From the IMG/VR virus record IMGVR_UViG_3300045141_000199, positions 25,774 through 89,773 of that record: 64,000 bases of DNA. One strand, given 5' to 3'. The notes beneath the pieces were generated by a model. It worked only from the letters and a program-made list of their open reading frames with translations, searched no databases and had not been told where the DNA came from. Each line of letters opens with the position of its first letter. Within the stretch, counting starts at the first letter, position 1. The stretch is from a virus. Below are positions 55,648-63,127 of this stretch, piece after piece. The position numbers and the translations under genes are program-made.

Positions 55648-55953
55648 TTAGTCTTCACGACGTTTCGGCTCCCCATGATTTGCTTGCCAGAATCCATCTT
55701 GGACGATCGCAACCGCGAGCGTTCCACTGCTTTCCGCACTTTGCGGTGTTTTCCTGCTTTCGTGTCTCAAGACGCAGTATTCGAGCAGCCCGTGCCGATC
55801 TCCTGCTTCGATCAGAGACTTGCATCGATCGCAGGCCATCCATTCGCCCTGAAAGTCGAAGCTGAGCCCGGGCGCTACATCAATCTGGAAGTTGCTGCAA
55901 GGAATCTCCCAGCCGGGGTCATCGTCTCCGCAGAAGTCGCACTCGTAGGTCAT
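55648..55953 (-). CDS. Zn-finger protein, paralog of 42704-42997
   Basis: 'ECDFCGD...WEIPC.NF...WMACDRCKSLIEAGD'. Confidence 0.6.
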   Translation of the reverse strand: MTYECDFCGDDDPGWEIPCSNFQIDVAPGLSFDFQGEWMACDRCKSLIEAGDRHGLLEYCVLRHESRKTPQSAESSGTLAVAIVQDGFWQANHGEPKRRED

Positions 55954-56396
55954 TCGCGGGCGCCTTGAAGTGACTGGTAGTAGAAGCGGTGCAGGAACGG
56001 CAGCGTAAACGGATCAGCTCCGAGCTTGCGCATGCACCAGACCCACAGCGCCCGTCCTGAGCGGCCGTTGCCATCGATGAACGGATGCAGCGTCTCATAC
56101 TCGACATGCGTGCGAAAGGCGCTATGGCGGTATGCGTTATCGAGAATAGCCTCAAGCGCCGGTCGAATTAGCGGGCCTCCCGGGGGCGGTATGTGCGCGC
56201 CCACGTAAACATCATCGCCGACGCTATCGCGTAGATGTGTGCCCGCAATCATCCCGACGAATACAACCAGGTCGTTAACGGAAATCTCACTCAGACCTAG
56301 GAGTTCTTCGTGCGCTTCTTTCTCTACCTTGCGCGTTGGCCGGACGATTCCCTCGATGCGATTTGATTCAGCTATGAAGTCATCTAGTGTCAGCAT
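55950..56396 (-). CDS. fic: Fic/Doc family protein
   Basis: 'ESNRIEG' and the canonical 'HPFIDGNGRSGR' motif. Confidence 0.9.
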   Translation of the reverse strand: MLTLDDFIAESNRIEGIVRPTRKVEKEAHEELLGLSEISVNDLVVFVGMIAGTHLRDSVGDDVYVGAHIPPPGGPLIRPALEAILDNAYRHSAFRTHVEYETLHPFIDGNGRSGRALWVWCMRKLGADPFTLPFLHRFYYQSLQGARE

Positions 56397-56472
56397 CTAT
56401 CCCCTTAGCCCATGGAGAGTGGACCGCCGGCCGATGTCGGGAGCCGGCGGTCTACCACTCTTATCGTCCTTG

Positions 56473-56691
56473 CTACCAGGCTTCCTCGCCTGATTCGGGG
56501 AACAGGTCTTCGAGCGTGTCGATGCTCGGGTCCTGTTCCGCGAGTTCGAGTACGCGATTGATGTTCTCGCTCGCGGCGTCGAATGAGGGCGCCGCAACCT
56601 TTGCGTGCCCTTTGCGGCCCTTGATCTTGCGGCTCGCGTTGGTGAGCGTGTCACGCGCACCTTCGAGCTGCTGCTGGGTGGACTGATCCAT
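56473..56691 (-). CDS. hypothetical protein
   Basis: GAAAGGGGGTGA RBS. Confidence 0.6.
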   Translation of the reverse strand: MDQSTQQQLEGARDTLTNASRKIKGRKGHAKVAAPSFDAASENINRVLELAEQDPSIDTLEDLFPESGEEAW

Positions 56692-57141
56692 GTGTCACCC
56701 CCTTTCCGATGGTTGCCGTGGACAGTACGGGCAGGACCCTAGCAAAGATCGATTCGACGTGCGAGCTGATCCCCGCAAATAGCGGGATTTGCAAGCGATC
56801 GTGCAGTCCTAGGCCGCTAGCGACCATCGGTACTCGCCGTCGGTTGCTACGCCCGCGACGCAAACGGTGCCCTTCGCGCGCATCGCCAATAGCGCGTCCT
56901 CGCAGACCAGCGCTCTTAGCTGTTCCTGAAACTCTGAGTGAAATGATTCCGAACTACCAGCTCGCTCGACTGCGCGGTTGAATGCAATTAGCAGTCGAGC
57001 GGTACTTACGCCGTCTATGTCTACCTTGACCAAGCTTCTTCTACCTTATATCGCGATTATCCTCCTAAGATTCAGCGGCGAGACAAGGCCGAAAGAGTGG
57101 TAACAACCTCGCCTCGCCGCGTTGTTCCTTGCGCGCAAGTT

Positions 57142-57597
57142 CTATGCAGCGGCCGCCTTCTTTCTGACAACCGTCCACTCGTAGCTGCCGTCCACCTTCT
57201 CGGCGGAGCGCTCGACTAGGCCCTCGGCCTCCAAGCGGCGCAGTGCGTTGGAAACGCTCCCGCTGTTGAAATCGAGGCTTTTGGCGATCGATGACTGCCG
57301 GGCGCGACGGTGTTTGCGCAGGTACTTGTGTACCGCCTCTTCGCGCTCGGGGGAGACGCTGAGCGTCATCGGGTCGATCTCGGCCGGCTTGCCGTTGTTA
57401 TGGCCGTTGCTGCTCCCGTTCCCGGCTGGGGCCGGGCTGGCGCCTAGGGCTTCCTCGACCAGTGTGCGGCGATGTGCTAGGTCGGCCGCCCTCTGCTCGT
57501 ACTCCTGACGGATGAAGCCTTGTTCGGCGTCAAACGCCGCGATAGCCACCCTCAGCGGGCTTGTAATCGCGTCGGATACTGCGGTGTTGGTGTCCAT
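57142..57597 (-). CDS. winged-helix DNA-binding protein
   Basis: 'RQSSIAKSLDFNSGSVSNALRRLEAEGLVER'; GAAAGGA RBS. Confidence 0.75.
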   Translation of the reverse strand: MDTNTAVSDAITSPLRVAIAAFDAEQGFIRQEYEQRAADLAHRRTLVEEALGASPAPAGNGSSNGHNNGKPAEIDPMTLSVSPEREEAVHKYLRKHRRARQSSIAKSLDFNSGSVSNALRRLEAEGLVERSAEKVDGSYEWTVVRKKAAAA

Positions 57598-57654
57598 GAT
57601 GCTTCCTTTCGATTTGATTTATGAGCTGCACTTTAGCAGCCGAACTACGGTACG

Positions 57655-58002
57655 TCAAGCGGTGTATTTGCTGGTCGTGGTCGAGAAGCTTTCCTTCCAG
57701 CCCCAATCGTCCATAACGTACTGGCGGTACTCGCTCAACGTGAGCGTTATCGTCTCATCGATGCTCATTGCCAGCATCGATAGAACCACGTCGTAATCGT
57801 CTGTATGGTCTTCCGGCATCGGCTCATGTAGGTAGGTCACGAACGGCATCCCGTTCTGAGCTTTATCGAGCTGTTCGTTGAACCAGTCGATTACAACCTT
57901 GCGGTAGCCATCCATGGCCGTGAGGTACACGTCGCGGTGTGCGTCTCGGTTGAGCTGAACTTTGGCTTTCAGCTCCTCAGTGTGGACACGTACCTCCTTC
58001 AT
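57655..58002 (-). CDS. conserved phage hypothetical protein
   Basis: 'P.DHT.DYD..L.ML.MS......L...EY.QYVMDDW.WK'. Confidence 0.7.
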   Translation of the reverse strand: MKEVRVHTEELKAKVQLNRDAHRDVYLTAMDGYRKVVIDWFNEQLDKAQNGMPFVTYLHEPMPEDHTDDYDVVLSMLAMSIDETITLTLSEYRQYVMDDWGWKESFSTTTSKYTA

Positions 58003-58172
58003 ACGACTTCATCCATGGGAGCCACGTTGTTGAAACCGCGGACCCAATCGAGGGAATCGAGGGCGCTACGGACGCCCTGCTCATAGGTCATGCTGGGCCA
58101 TTTCGTCTGGCCCTTGTTCTCTTGCGTGATCGCCGCGTTGACCTGCACGTCGATCTCATGTTCTGTTCTCAT
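57999..58172 (-). CDS. hypothetical protein
   Basis: GAAGGAG RBS; 'MTYEQGV..AL.W'. Confidence 0.6.
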   Translation of the reverse strand: MRTEHEIDVQVNAAITQENKGQTKWPSMTYEQGVRSALDSLDWVRGFNNVAPMDEVV

Positions 58173-58174
58173 GT

Positions 58175-58579
58175 TCACTCCTTCGGTTTGTAGTAAATGC
58201 CATAGACGCATCGCGTGCCGTCTCGGCTAGGATCGAACGTATCGTACACGACTCCATCGATTACCGCGCAGAGATGCTTGCTCACTTTGCAAATGATGCG
58301 GCCGCTAGGCAGCTCCTCTGCGTTGAGATGCACCGTGCAGCCGGTGCCAACCTGCATCGTTGGCTTCCAGCGAAAGCCCATCTTGAGCACAAACGGCTCG
58401 AAGTCCTTACGCATAACTCCGTCGCGTGGCGTCGCGCCCACGAACTTTTTCAGCGCTTTGTAGACTGTCTCGTAATCTAGCTCGGCTGCGATTGCTACCG
58501 CTCGCACGATGCAGTCGCCAGCTTCACCCTTATACCCAGCCGCAGCCCGGCCGCCGTCATCGTACTTGAAGCCGATCAT
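58175..58579 (-). CDS. conserved phage hypothetical protein ('GDC.VRA.AIA...HL.AV.DG..YD')
   Basis: Cys/His/Asp-containing pattern; downstream of minihelix element 1. Confidence 0.65.
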   Translation of the reverse strand: MIGFKYDDGGRAAAGYKGEAGDCIVRAVAIAAELDYETVYKALKKFVGATPRDGVMRKDFEPFVLKMGFRWKPTMQVGTGCTVHLNAEELPSGRIICKVSKHLCAVIDGVVYDTFDPSRDGTRCVYGIYYKPKE

Positions 58580-58587
58580 GTCATGTT

Positions 58588-58643
58588 TCCCCTTTCGTTT
58601 ACCAAAACAAAAGAGCCACGCCGGAATCGAACCGGCGTGACCC
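58588..58643 (-). repeat. T-loop minihelix/RBS element, copy 1 (divergent)
   Basis: Minus strand: GGGTCACGCCGG-TTCGATT-CCGGCGTGGCTC (12 bp, two G-U) then ...AAACGAAAGGGGAAAC ATG. Confidence 0.8.
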
Positions 58644-59044
58644 TATCTGCGCTTCAGAACTGCGAATATGAAGGAACTAGCACCTACCAGTATTAGTTGT
58701 GAACTAGTAAATATTTCGTATCACCTTTTTGATTCGGATTCTTGTCCTTTTCATCCAATTCGTGGATTTTTCGAAAATAGGCAACCCACCGAGAAGCAGT
58801 GAGGTTGAGAATGCAAGCTCCTCGCCACATGCCATTGCCAACATGACCTTCCAGGCCACGATGATTCGAGCGGTGCATGATGCTAGATCGCGAGCAAACT
58901 CTGCAACATCCTTTGCAAAGTCGATTAGGTATACCTTTCGTGTCTCGTTCCTTTCTATTACCTCGTTGGGCTGTACCAGCCTCAGGTGGCTCATGGCCTA
59001 CTCCCATGAGGTCGTTGGTCATTGCGCGCGAGAGCTTAGCAGCT

Positions 59045-59260
59045 TTAGGACATCCTCGTCACGTCGATGATCGTCTCGAACTTTTCTGAGGCTGTGTAGC
59101 CGCCAACTTCTAGCTTCTCGGCCGCCTCGGGAAACTCCTTAACGATCTCATCCGCCGCTATCTCAAGGTACTCATGCACCAGCGGATCGTCGCTCTTTGT
59201 TGTTACGGCCGCTCTGCCTAGCGCCTGTGCAATGCGCTGCAAGTCTCGCTTAGTAACCAT
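59045..59260 (-). CDS. hypothetical protein
   Basis: TAATG-coupled. Confidence 0.55.
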   Translation of the reverse strand: MVTKRDLQRIAQALGRAAVTTKSDDPLVHEYLEIAADEIVKEFPEAAEKLEVGGYTASEKFETIIDVTRMS

Positions 59261-59454
59261 TAGGTTTCGTCATTCTCCTGCTGTCCTCGGCGCATCTCAT
59301 AGCCCATCATGAGCGTAGCCCGGACGTTCCGAAAGCAATCACGGACGCCCGCGCAGGCCGACTCGTAATCGCCGGGAACGGTCTTGAGAGCCTGTTGCAT
59401 GGCCTCATCGGCGTCTTCCATGGCCGCTACGAATCCATCCCATTCGTTACTCAT
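59260..59454 (-). CDS. hypothetical protein
   Basis: MSNEWDG start overlaps the upstream stop. Confidence 0.5.
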   Translation of the reverse strand: MSNEWDGFVAAMEDADEAMQQALKTVPGDYESACAGVRDCFRNVRATLMMGYEMRRGQQENDET

Positions 59455-59626
59455 CTGATTTCGCCGCCACAACATGCGTTTTACCGTCATCTTCGGCAGC
59501 CTTCTTTGTGAACATCGGCACTCCACCAAAGCCGCAGCTACACAGCGCTTGATAGATCGGCCGCCGGTCCTCTTCTCGCGGCTCAAACGTCGTGCCGTTG
59601 TGAATGGTGATCTTGTGTGGTTCCAT
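59447..59626 (-). CDS. hypothetical protein (CxC...H)
   Basis: AGGAGTGAGA RBS. Confidence 0.55.
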   Translation of the reverse strand: MEPHKITIHNGTTFEPREEDRRPIYQALCSCGFGGVPMFTKKAAEDDGKTHVVAAKSDE

Positions 59627-59634
59627 TCTCACTC

Positions 59635-59781
59635 CTATCGTAGTCCTCTTGCAAAAAGATCGTCTGCCATGGCTTCCCATGCGTCTTTATCGATTTTGTC
59701 AAGCTCGGGCCAGTCATCAACATCGATTCCTGACTCGGCCATCTTTGCCCGCCACAACTCATACAACCTGCGTCCGTTCAT
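59635..59781 (-). CDS. small hypothetical protein (48 aa, not in ORF track)
   Basis: GAAAGGAG RBS; MNGRRLYELWRAKM... Confidence 0.55.
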   Translation of the reverse strand: MNGRRLYELWRAKMAESGIDVDDWPELDKIDKDAWEAMADDLFARGLR

Positions 59782-59828
59782 TCCTACTCCTTTCGTTGGA
59801 AAACTAACAAAACAATATTATTGTTTTG

Positions 59829-60086
59829 TTACTGCGTGGCCTCTCCCAGCCGACCAAACTTGTCAACTGAGAAGATAAAGGTACCTTGCTTTTGCGTGTC
59901 GATGAACACTCTTACGCCCTCATCGTCATAGCGCATTCTGACTGGACCTACGTCGCGGTTAGGTCCAAAGCGTTTGTCGAAATCATCGACGGCAACAAGA
60001 ATGTCTTGTATCGTACAAATGTCTAGCGTTGCTTCAACTTCAACCTCGCCTTGTGTATCGATGTTTACATTTATGTCAGATATCAT
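59829..60086 (-). CDS. hypothetical protein (cassette gene)
   Basis: ATG directly after the element 2 RBS. Confidence 0.7.
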   Translation of the reverse strand: MISDINVNIDTQGEVEVEATLDICTIQDILVAVDDFDKRFGPNRDVGPVRMRYDDEGVRVFIDTQKQGTFIFSVDKFGRLGEATQ

Positions 60087-60087
60087 G

Positions 60088-60143
60088 TCTCACCCTTTCT
60101 GTTGTTTGCGAATGACTACGCCCGGGATCGAACCGGGCGCAGC
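60088..60143 (-). repeat. T-loop minihelix/RBS element, copy 2
   Basis: Minus strand: GCTGCGCCCGG-TTCGATC-CCGGGCGTAGT...AACAGAAAGGGTGAGAC ATG. Confidence 0.9.
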
Positions 60144-60144
60144 T

Positions 60145-60291
60145 CTATGCTATTCCAATCGGCCGGCCGTTGCGCCACAGCTTGATCGTGGCGTGTGGGT
60201 TGGCTGATTTGCAGGCTTCCAACAGCTTCATTGGATCGCCGTTAGTCCATCCATAGACAGTGTTCAGCTCGCCAAACGTAATCACTACCAT
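60145..60291 (-). CDS. small hypothetical protein (48 aa, not in ORF track)
   Basis: MVVITFGELNTVYGW...; its stop abuts element 2. Confidence 0.4.
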   Translation of the reverse strand: MVVITFGELNTVYGWTNGDPMKLLEACKSANPHATIKLWRNGRPIGIA

Positions 60292-60510
60292 TTACGCTCG
60301 GCGGCTTTCTGTGCTTTGCGTTCTGCGGTTAGCCGACGCTCGCGCTCTTCTTGCCGGAAGTACGCGCGGGCGTGCAGCTCGGCCAATGCTTCTGTTCTAT
60401 TGGTCATAGGTAATACCCATCCGATATGTAGTTGAGGAGGGCCAGCCCGCCCATGATAACGATCGCGCATCCTAGCGCGGTCATCCATTGGTTAAATGTC
60501 GGCCTCAACT

Positions 60511-60681
60511 TTAGTCCTTGCTCTGGAGATGGCGCCGAGCTTCCTTGATAGCTGTGGCTTGCTGCTCAATCTGCGCCTCGCTGAGTTGATCTTCGTAGGG
60601 CAGATTGCTCTCTAGGAGATCGAGCCCTTCGAGCAGCGTTTGACTAATTGCGTCGGTAAGTTCGACTGCGTAGACCTTCAT
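60511..60681 (-). CDS. small hypothetical protein (56 aa, cassette gene, not in ORF track)
   Basis: MKVYAVELTDAISQTLLEGLDLLE...; ATG follows the element 3 RBS. Confidence 0.65.
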   Translation of the reverse strand: MKVYAVELTDAISQTLLEGLDLLESNLPYEDQLSEAQIEQQATAIKEARRHLQSKD

Positions 60682-60683
60682 CT

Positions 60684-60748
60684 TTTCACCCTTTCTGTTT
60701 GCGCGTTATTGCGCAAGGCTACGCCCGGTATCGAAACCGGACGTAACC
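60684..60748 (-). repeat. T-loop minihelix/RBS element, copy 3
   Basis: Minus strand: GGTTACGTCCGG-TTTCGATA-CCGGGCGTAGCC (12 bp, two U-G), a small second hairpin, then AAACAGAAAGGGTGAAAAG ATG. Confidence 0.85.
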
Positions 60749-60765
60749 ACGATAGCCTAGACGGA

Positions 60766-60876
60766 CTACCTGCCTGCGATCATGTCAATGATTGCAAACA
60801 AGATTGTGGCGACCGTGACAGCCGCAAAAATGAGCGAAGCTCCGAGTATGAATCCTGAAACGAAATCAATCAGCAC
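60766..60876 (-). CDS. small membrane peptide (36 aa, not in ORF track)
   Basis: GTG start; LIDFVSGFILGASLIFAAVTVATILFAIIDMIAGR. Confidence 0.45.
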   Translation of the reverse strand: MLIDFVSGFILGASLIFAAVTVATILFAIIDMIAGR

Positions 60877-61096
60877 TTGGCTTCTCCTCGCGTTTCCACG
60901 GTTTCTCCTCGTTTAGTGCGTTGACAATTCCCCGCGCGTTATCCTCTCCGATCGCGTAGGCGATAATGCCTCCTTGATCGTCATCAACTATTGCTTGCAG
61001 CCTTCCTCTATGCTTTTCTAGAGCAATTATCTCTCGCCGCAGGTCTTCTAGATTTGCGTCGTAAATGTCCATCTCATAGAAACGTGGCTCATCCAT
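60866..61096 (-). CDS. hypothetical protein (cassette gene)
   Basis: ATG follows the element 4 RBS. Confidence 0.7.
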   Translation of the reverse strand: MDEPRFYEMDIYDANLEDLRREIIALEKHRGRLQAIVDDDQGGIIAYAIGEDNARGIVNALNEEKPWKREEKPSAD

Positions 61097-61100
61097 TATT

Positions 61101-61157
61101 TCTCACCCTTTCTGTTGGTTACCGCAAGGCCGTGCCCGGGATCGAACCGGGCGCGGC
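61101..61157 (-). repeat. T-loop minihelix/RBS element, copy 4
   Basis: Minus strand: GCCGCGCCCGG-TTCGATC-CCGGGCACGGC...AACCAACAGAAAGGGTGAGA. Confidence 0.9.
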
Positions 61158-61159
61158 TG

Positions 61160-61519
61160 CTACATGTCGTAAGCATACCTCGTTTTGCTGTGGAAATCCT
61201 CGGCATTCTTATACGGGCCGACTATAGCCTCTGGATCGACCTTATAAAGCTCGGCAATCCACTTGCCATGCTCGTCATACGTGGCGGCCTTCTGGTAAGT
61301 GCCATCCTCGGCGCCATAGCTTCCACTGTTTCGCGGCCGCCTAGCCGTGCCTTTATAGTCCCTGCCAGCCTCGGCGGCGAGCCTAACCTCATAGCCTCTC
61401 GAACGCTTGCGCGAGCCATGCTGCGAGAAATCCTCAACCCAAACATCGGGAGACAGCTTTGCTGCCTTTGTGGCACCGTAGAAGTTCGCCATAATCAAAA
61501 CATCGCTATGAATCCTCAT
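61160..61519 (-). CDS. hypothetical protein (cassette gene)
   Basis: Bounded exactly by elements 5 and 4; 'HGSR...AATYDEHG.WI..LY..DP.A'. Confidence 0.75.
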   Translation of the reverse strand: MRIHSDVLIMANFYGATKAAKLSPDVWVEDFSQHGSRKRSRGYEVRLAAEAGRDYKGTARRPRNSGSYGAEDGTYQKAATYDEHGKWIAELYKVDPEAIVGPYKNAEDFHSKTRYAYDM

Positions 61520-61521
61520 CT

Positions 61522-61592
61522 TCTCACCCTTTCTGTTTAACGCCCGCTTTTGCGTGCGTAGGACTGCGCTAGGGATCGAACCTAGCGCGGTC
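61522..61592 (-). repeat. T-loop minihelix/RBS element, copy 5
   Basis: Minus strand: GACCGCGCTAGG-TTCGATC-CCTAGCGCAGTC, an insert, then AAACAGAAAGGGTGAGA. Confidence 0.9.
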
Positions 61593-61593
61593 G

Positions 61594-61851
61594 TTATTCT
61601 TGACTAGCGGTTAGTCCGCCTGCGTTCAAGTAATCTATAACGAGCTTATACAGGCCATGCTCGCCCATCTTCCGCAGATATCTACGGCAGTCGTCATGGC
61701 TTGCCATATAACCCTTGCGGCGCTCGACGTTCAAGACCCATTGACCATCGATCATATCGCCATCGTATTCCCATGCGATGGCTCGACGGTCAGTGTCCGT
61801 TACTTCCACTGTGCCGATCGCTACCTTGATTTGTGCGCGTGCCTTTGGCAT
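61594..61851 (-). CDS. hypothetical protein (cassette gene)
   Basis: Bounded exactly by elements 6 and 5. Confidence 0.7.
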   Translation of the reverse strand: MPKARAQIKVAIGTVEVTDTDRRAIAWEYDGDMIDGQWVLNVERRKGYMASHDDCRRYLRKMGEHGLYKLVIDYLNAGGLTASQE

Positions 61852-61852
61852 T

Positions 61853-61909
61853 TCTCACCCTTTCTGTTTGGTAGTGCAGGACTGCGCTAGGGATCGAACC
61901 TAGCGCAGC
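61853..61909 (-). repeat. T-loop minihelix/RBS element, copy 6
   Basis: Minus strand: GCTGCGCTAGG-TTCGATC-CCTAGCGCAGTCCTGCACTACCAAACAGAAAGGGTGAGA. Confidence 0.92.
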
Positions 61910-61910
61910 T

Positions 61911-62300
61911 CTAAAGATACAGCTTTCCATCGTCTCCCACGTAAAGCTCTGCTTCATTAAACATTTGTGCCTTGCGGCTTAGTTCATCGCCTACGGCGCC
62001 CGTGCCACGATCCCAAAATCCGGCGCCATGATAATTACGAGTCAACCAGAAATCATGGCCTGCGCGTTCCATATCGGCGAACTCGGGGTTAAGTCCCAAA
62101 TCCGCGCAAAAGCGCTCTAGCGCTGACTCATTCTCGGCCATAAATTGAAGACAGTCATTAGCCATTGCTTGCGCAGTATCGGATGCTAGATCGCGCGCGC
62201 TGTAATTCTGATCCAGTGGCGTTTCATCATCGGTTGACGCCCAAATAGCACATTCAGCATAGCCACTAATGAACTCTGCTATTTCCTCTGCGATATACAT
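61911..62300 (-). CDS. conserved phage hypothetical protein (cassette gene)
   Basis: 'AGHDFWLTRNYHGAGFWDR...YVGDDGKLY'; bounded by elements 7 and 6. Confidence 0.75.
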   Translation of the reverse strand: MYIAEEIAEFISGYAECAIWASTDDETPLDQNYSARDLASDTAQAMANDCLQFMAENESALERFCADLGLNPEFADMERAGHDFWLTRNYHGAGFWDRGTGAVGDELSRKAQMFNEAELYVGDDGKLYL

Positions 62301-62357
62301 TCTCACCCTTTCTGTTTGGTAATGCAGGACTGCGCTAGGGATCGAACCTAGCGCAGC
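62301..62357 (-). repeat. T-loop minihelix/RBS element, copy 7
   Basis: Differs from copy 6 at one position. Confidence 0.92.
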
Positions 62358-62360
62358 TTG

Positions 62361-62450
62361 TCACATTCCGATCGCTCGGCGGACGTATGCGCGCACGACT
62401 AGCCGATAGAAAACATCGGCGCTGATTATGGAAACGGCCGCGATTCGCAT
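62361..62450 (-). CDS. small peptide (29 aa)
   Basis: TAATG-coupled to 62450-62569; its stop abuts element 7. Confidence 0.4.
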   Translation of the reverse strand: MRIAAVSIISADVFYRLVVRAYVRRAIGM

Positions 62451-62569
62451 TAGCGCGTACTCGGAATGCGGAGCAGCTTCCCGCCCGTGGCCTCGGCGCG
62501 TTCGATGGCGCGTGCGATGTCGAGGGTTTCGAGCACCTTGCGCCCGTTCACTCTTACGATAAACCGCAT
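62450..62569 (-). CDS. small protein (39 aa, cassette gene, not in ORF track)
   Basis: MRFIVRVNGRKVLETLDIARAIERAEATGGKLLRIPSTR; ATG follows the element 8 RBS. Confidence 0.6.
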   Translation of the reverse strand: MRFIVRVNGRKVLETLDIARAIERAEATGGKLLRIPSTR

Positions 62570-62573
62570 TGTT

Positions 62574-62640
62574 TCTCACCCTTTCTGTTTTACTGCGCCA
62601 AGTGGCGCAAGGCTGCGCTAGGGATCGAACCTAGCGCAGC
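62574..62640 (-). repeat. T-loop minihelix/RBS element, copy 8
   Basis: Minus strand: GCTGCGCTAGG-TTCGATC-CCTAGCGCAGC (perfect 11 bp), a TGCGCC-ACTT-GGCGCA hairpin, then AAACAGAAAGGGTGAGA. Confidence 0.92.
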
Positions 62641-62644
62641 TTTT

Positions 62645-62980
62645 TTAGATCGCGTCCTCTATGCGGCTTTTTGCGATCTCATTCCAATCAACCTCGGATA
62701 GTGCAGCGCCAAGCAAGTCTCCAACGATTCCGCTAGTAAGCGAATCGTCACAGAGGATTTCCGCTTCAACGTTAGCCTTCAAGTTCTCTGCTAGCGAATA
62801 AATCGCATTATCCGTCGCTTCCTCGGCGGTAATGCCCTCCTCGATTTCCTCTCGCACGTCCTCGACTGCGCTCGCCACCATCGATTCATAATGACGGCAC
62901 GTACCTTCTCCAGTGTAGTTTCCGTCAAGATACATGCTCATTACCCATGTTTCATAATTTGCGTGGCCGTTGTATGACAT
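62645..62980 (-). CDS. conserved phage hypothetical protein ('YNG..NYETW' family; cassette gene)
   Basis: 'YNGHANYETW...DLL..AL.EVDW.EIA'; bounded by elements 9 and 8. Confidence 0.75.
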   Translation of the reverse strand: MSYNGHANYETWVMSMYLDGNYTGEGTCRHYESMVASAVEDVREEIEEGITAEEATDNAIYSLAENLKANVEAEILCDDSLTSGIVGDLLGAALSEVDWNEIAKSRIEDAI

Positions 62981-63036
62981 CTCACCCTTTCTGTTGGTTT
63001 TGCAGGACTGCGCTAGGGATCGAACCTAGCGCGGCC
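62981..63036 (-). repeat. T-loop minihelix/RBS element, copy 9
   Basis: Minus strand: GGCCGCGCTAGG-TTCGATC-CCTAGCGCAGTCCTGCAAAACCAACAGAAAGGGTGAG ATG. Confidence 0.92.
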
Positions 63037-63038
63037 GT

Positions 63039-63065
63039 TTAGCTCCAGAAGTCTGTCTGACTCAT
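63039..63065 (-). CDS. 8-aa minigene MSQTDFWS
   Basis: ATG AGT CAG ACA GAC TTC TGG AGC TAA placed exactly between the element 10 RBS and the element 9 helix. Confidence 0.55.
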   Translation of the reverse strand: MSQTDFWS

Positions 63066-63067
63066 TT

Positions 63068-63124
63068 TCTCACCCTTTCGATTGGTTTACTAAGACTGCG
63101 CTAGGGATCGAACCTAGCGCGGCC
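63068..63124 (-). repeat. T-loop minihelix/RBS element, copy 10
   Basis: Minus strand: GGCCGCGCTAGG-TTCGATC-CCTAGCGCAGTC...AAACCAATCGAAAGGGTGAGA. Confidence 0.92.
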
Positions 63125-63127
63125 GTT

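Noticed and set aside
62361-62579. 72-aa ORF from the track starting at GTG 62579
   Set aside because: Its start lies inside the RBS block. The better reading is ATG 62569 (39 aa) coupled to ATG 62450 (29 aa).
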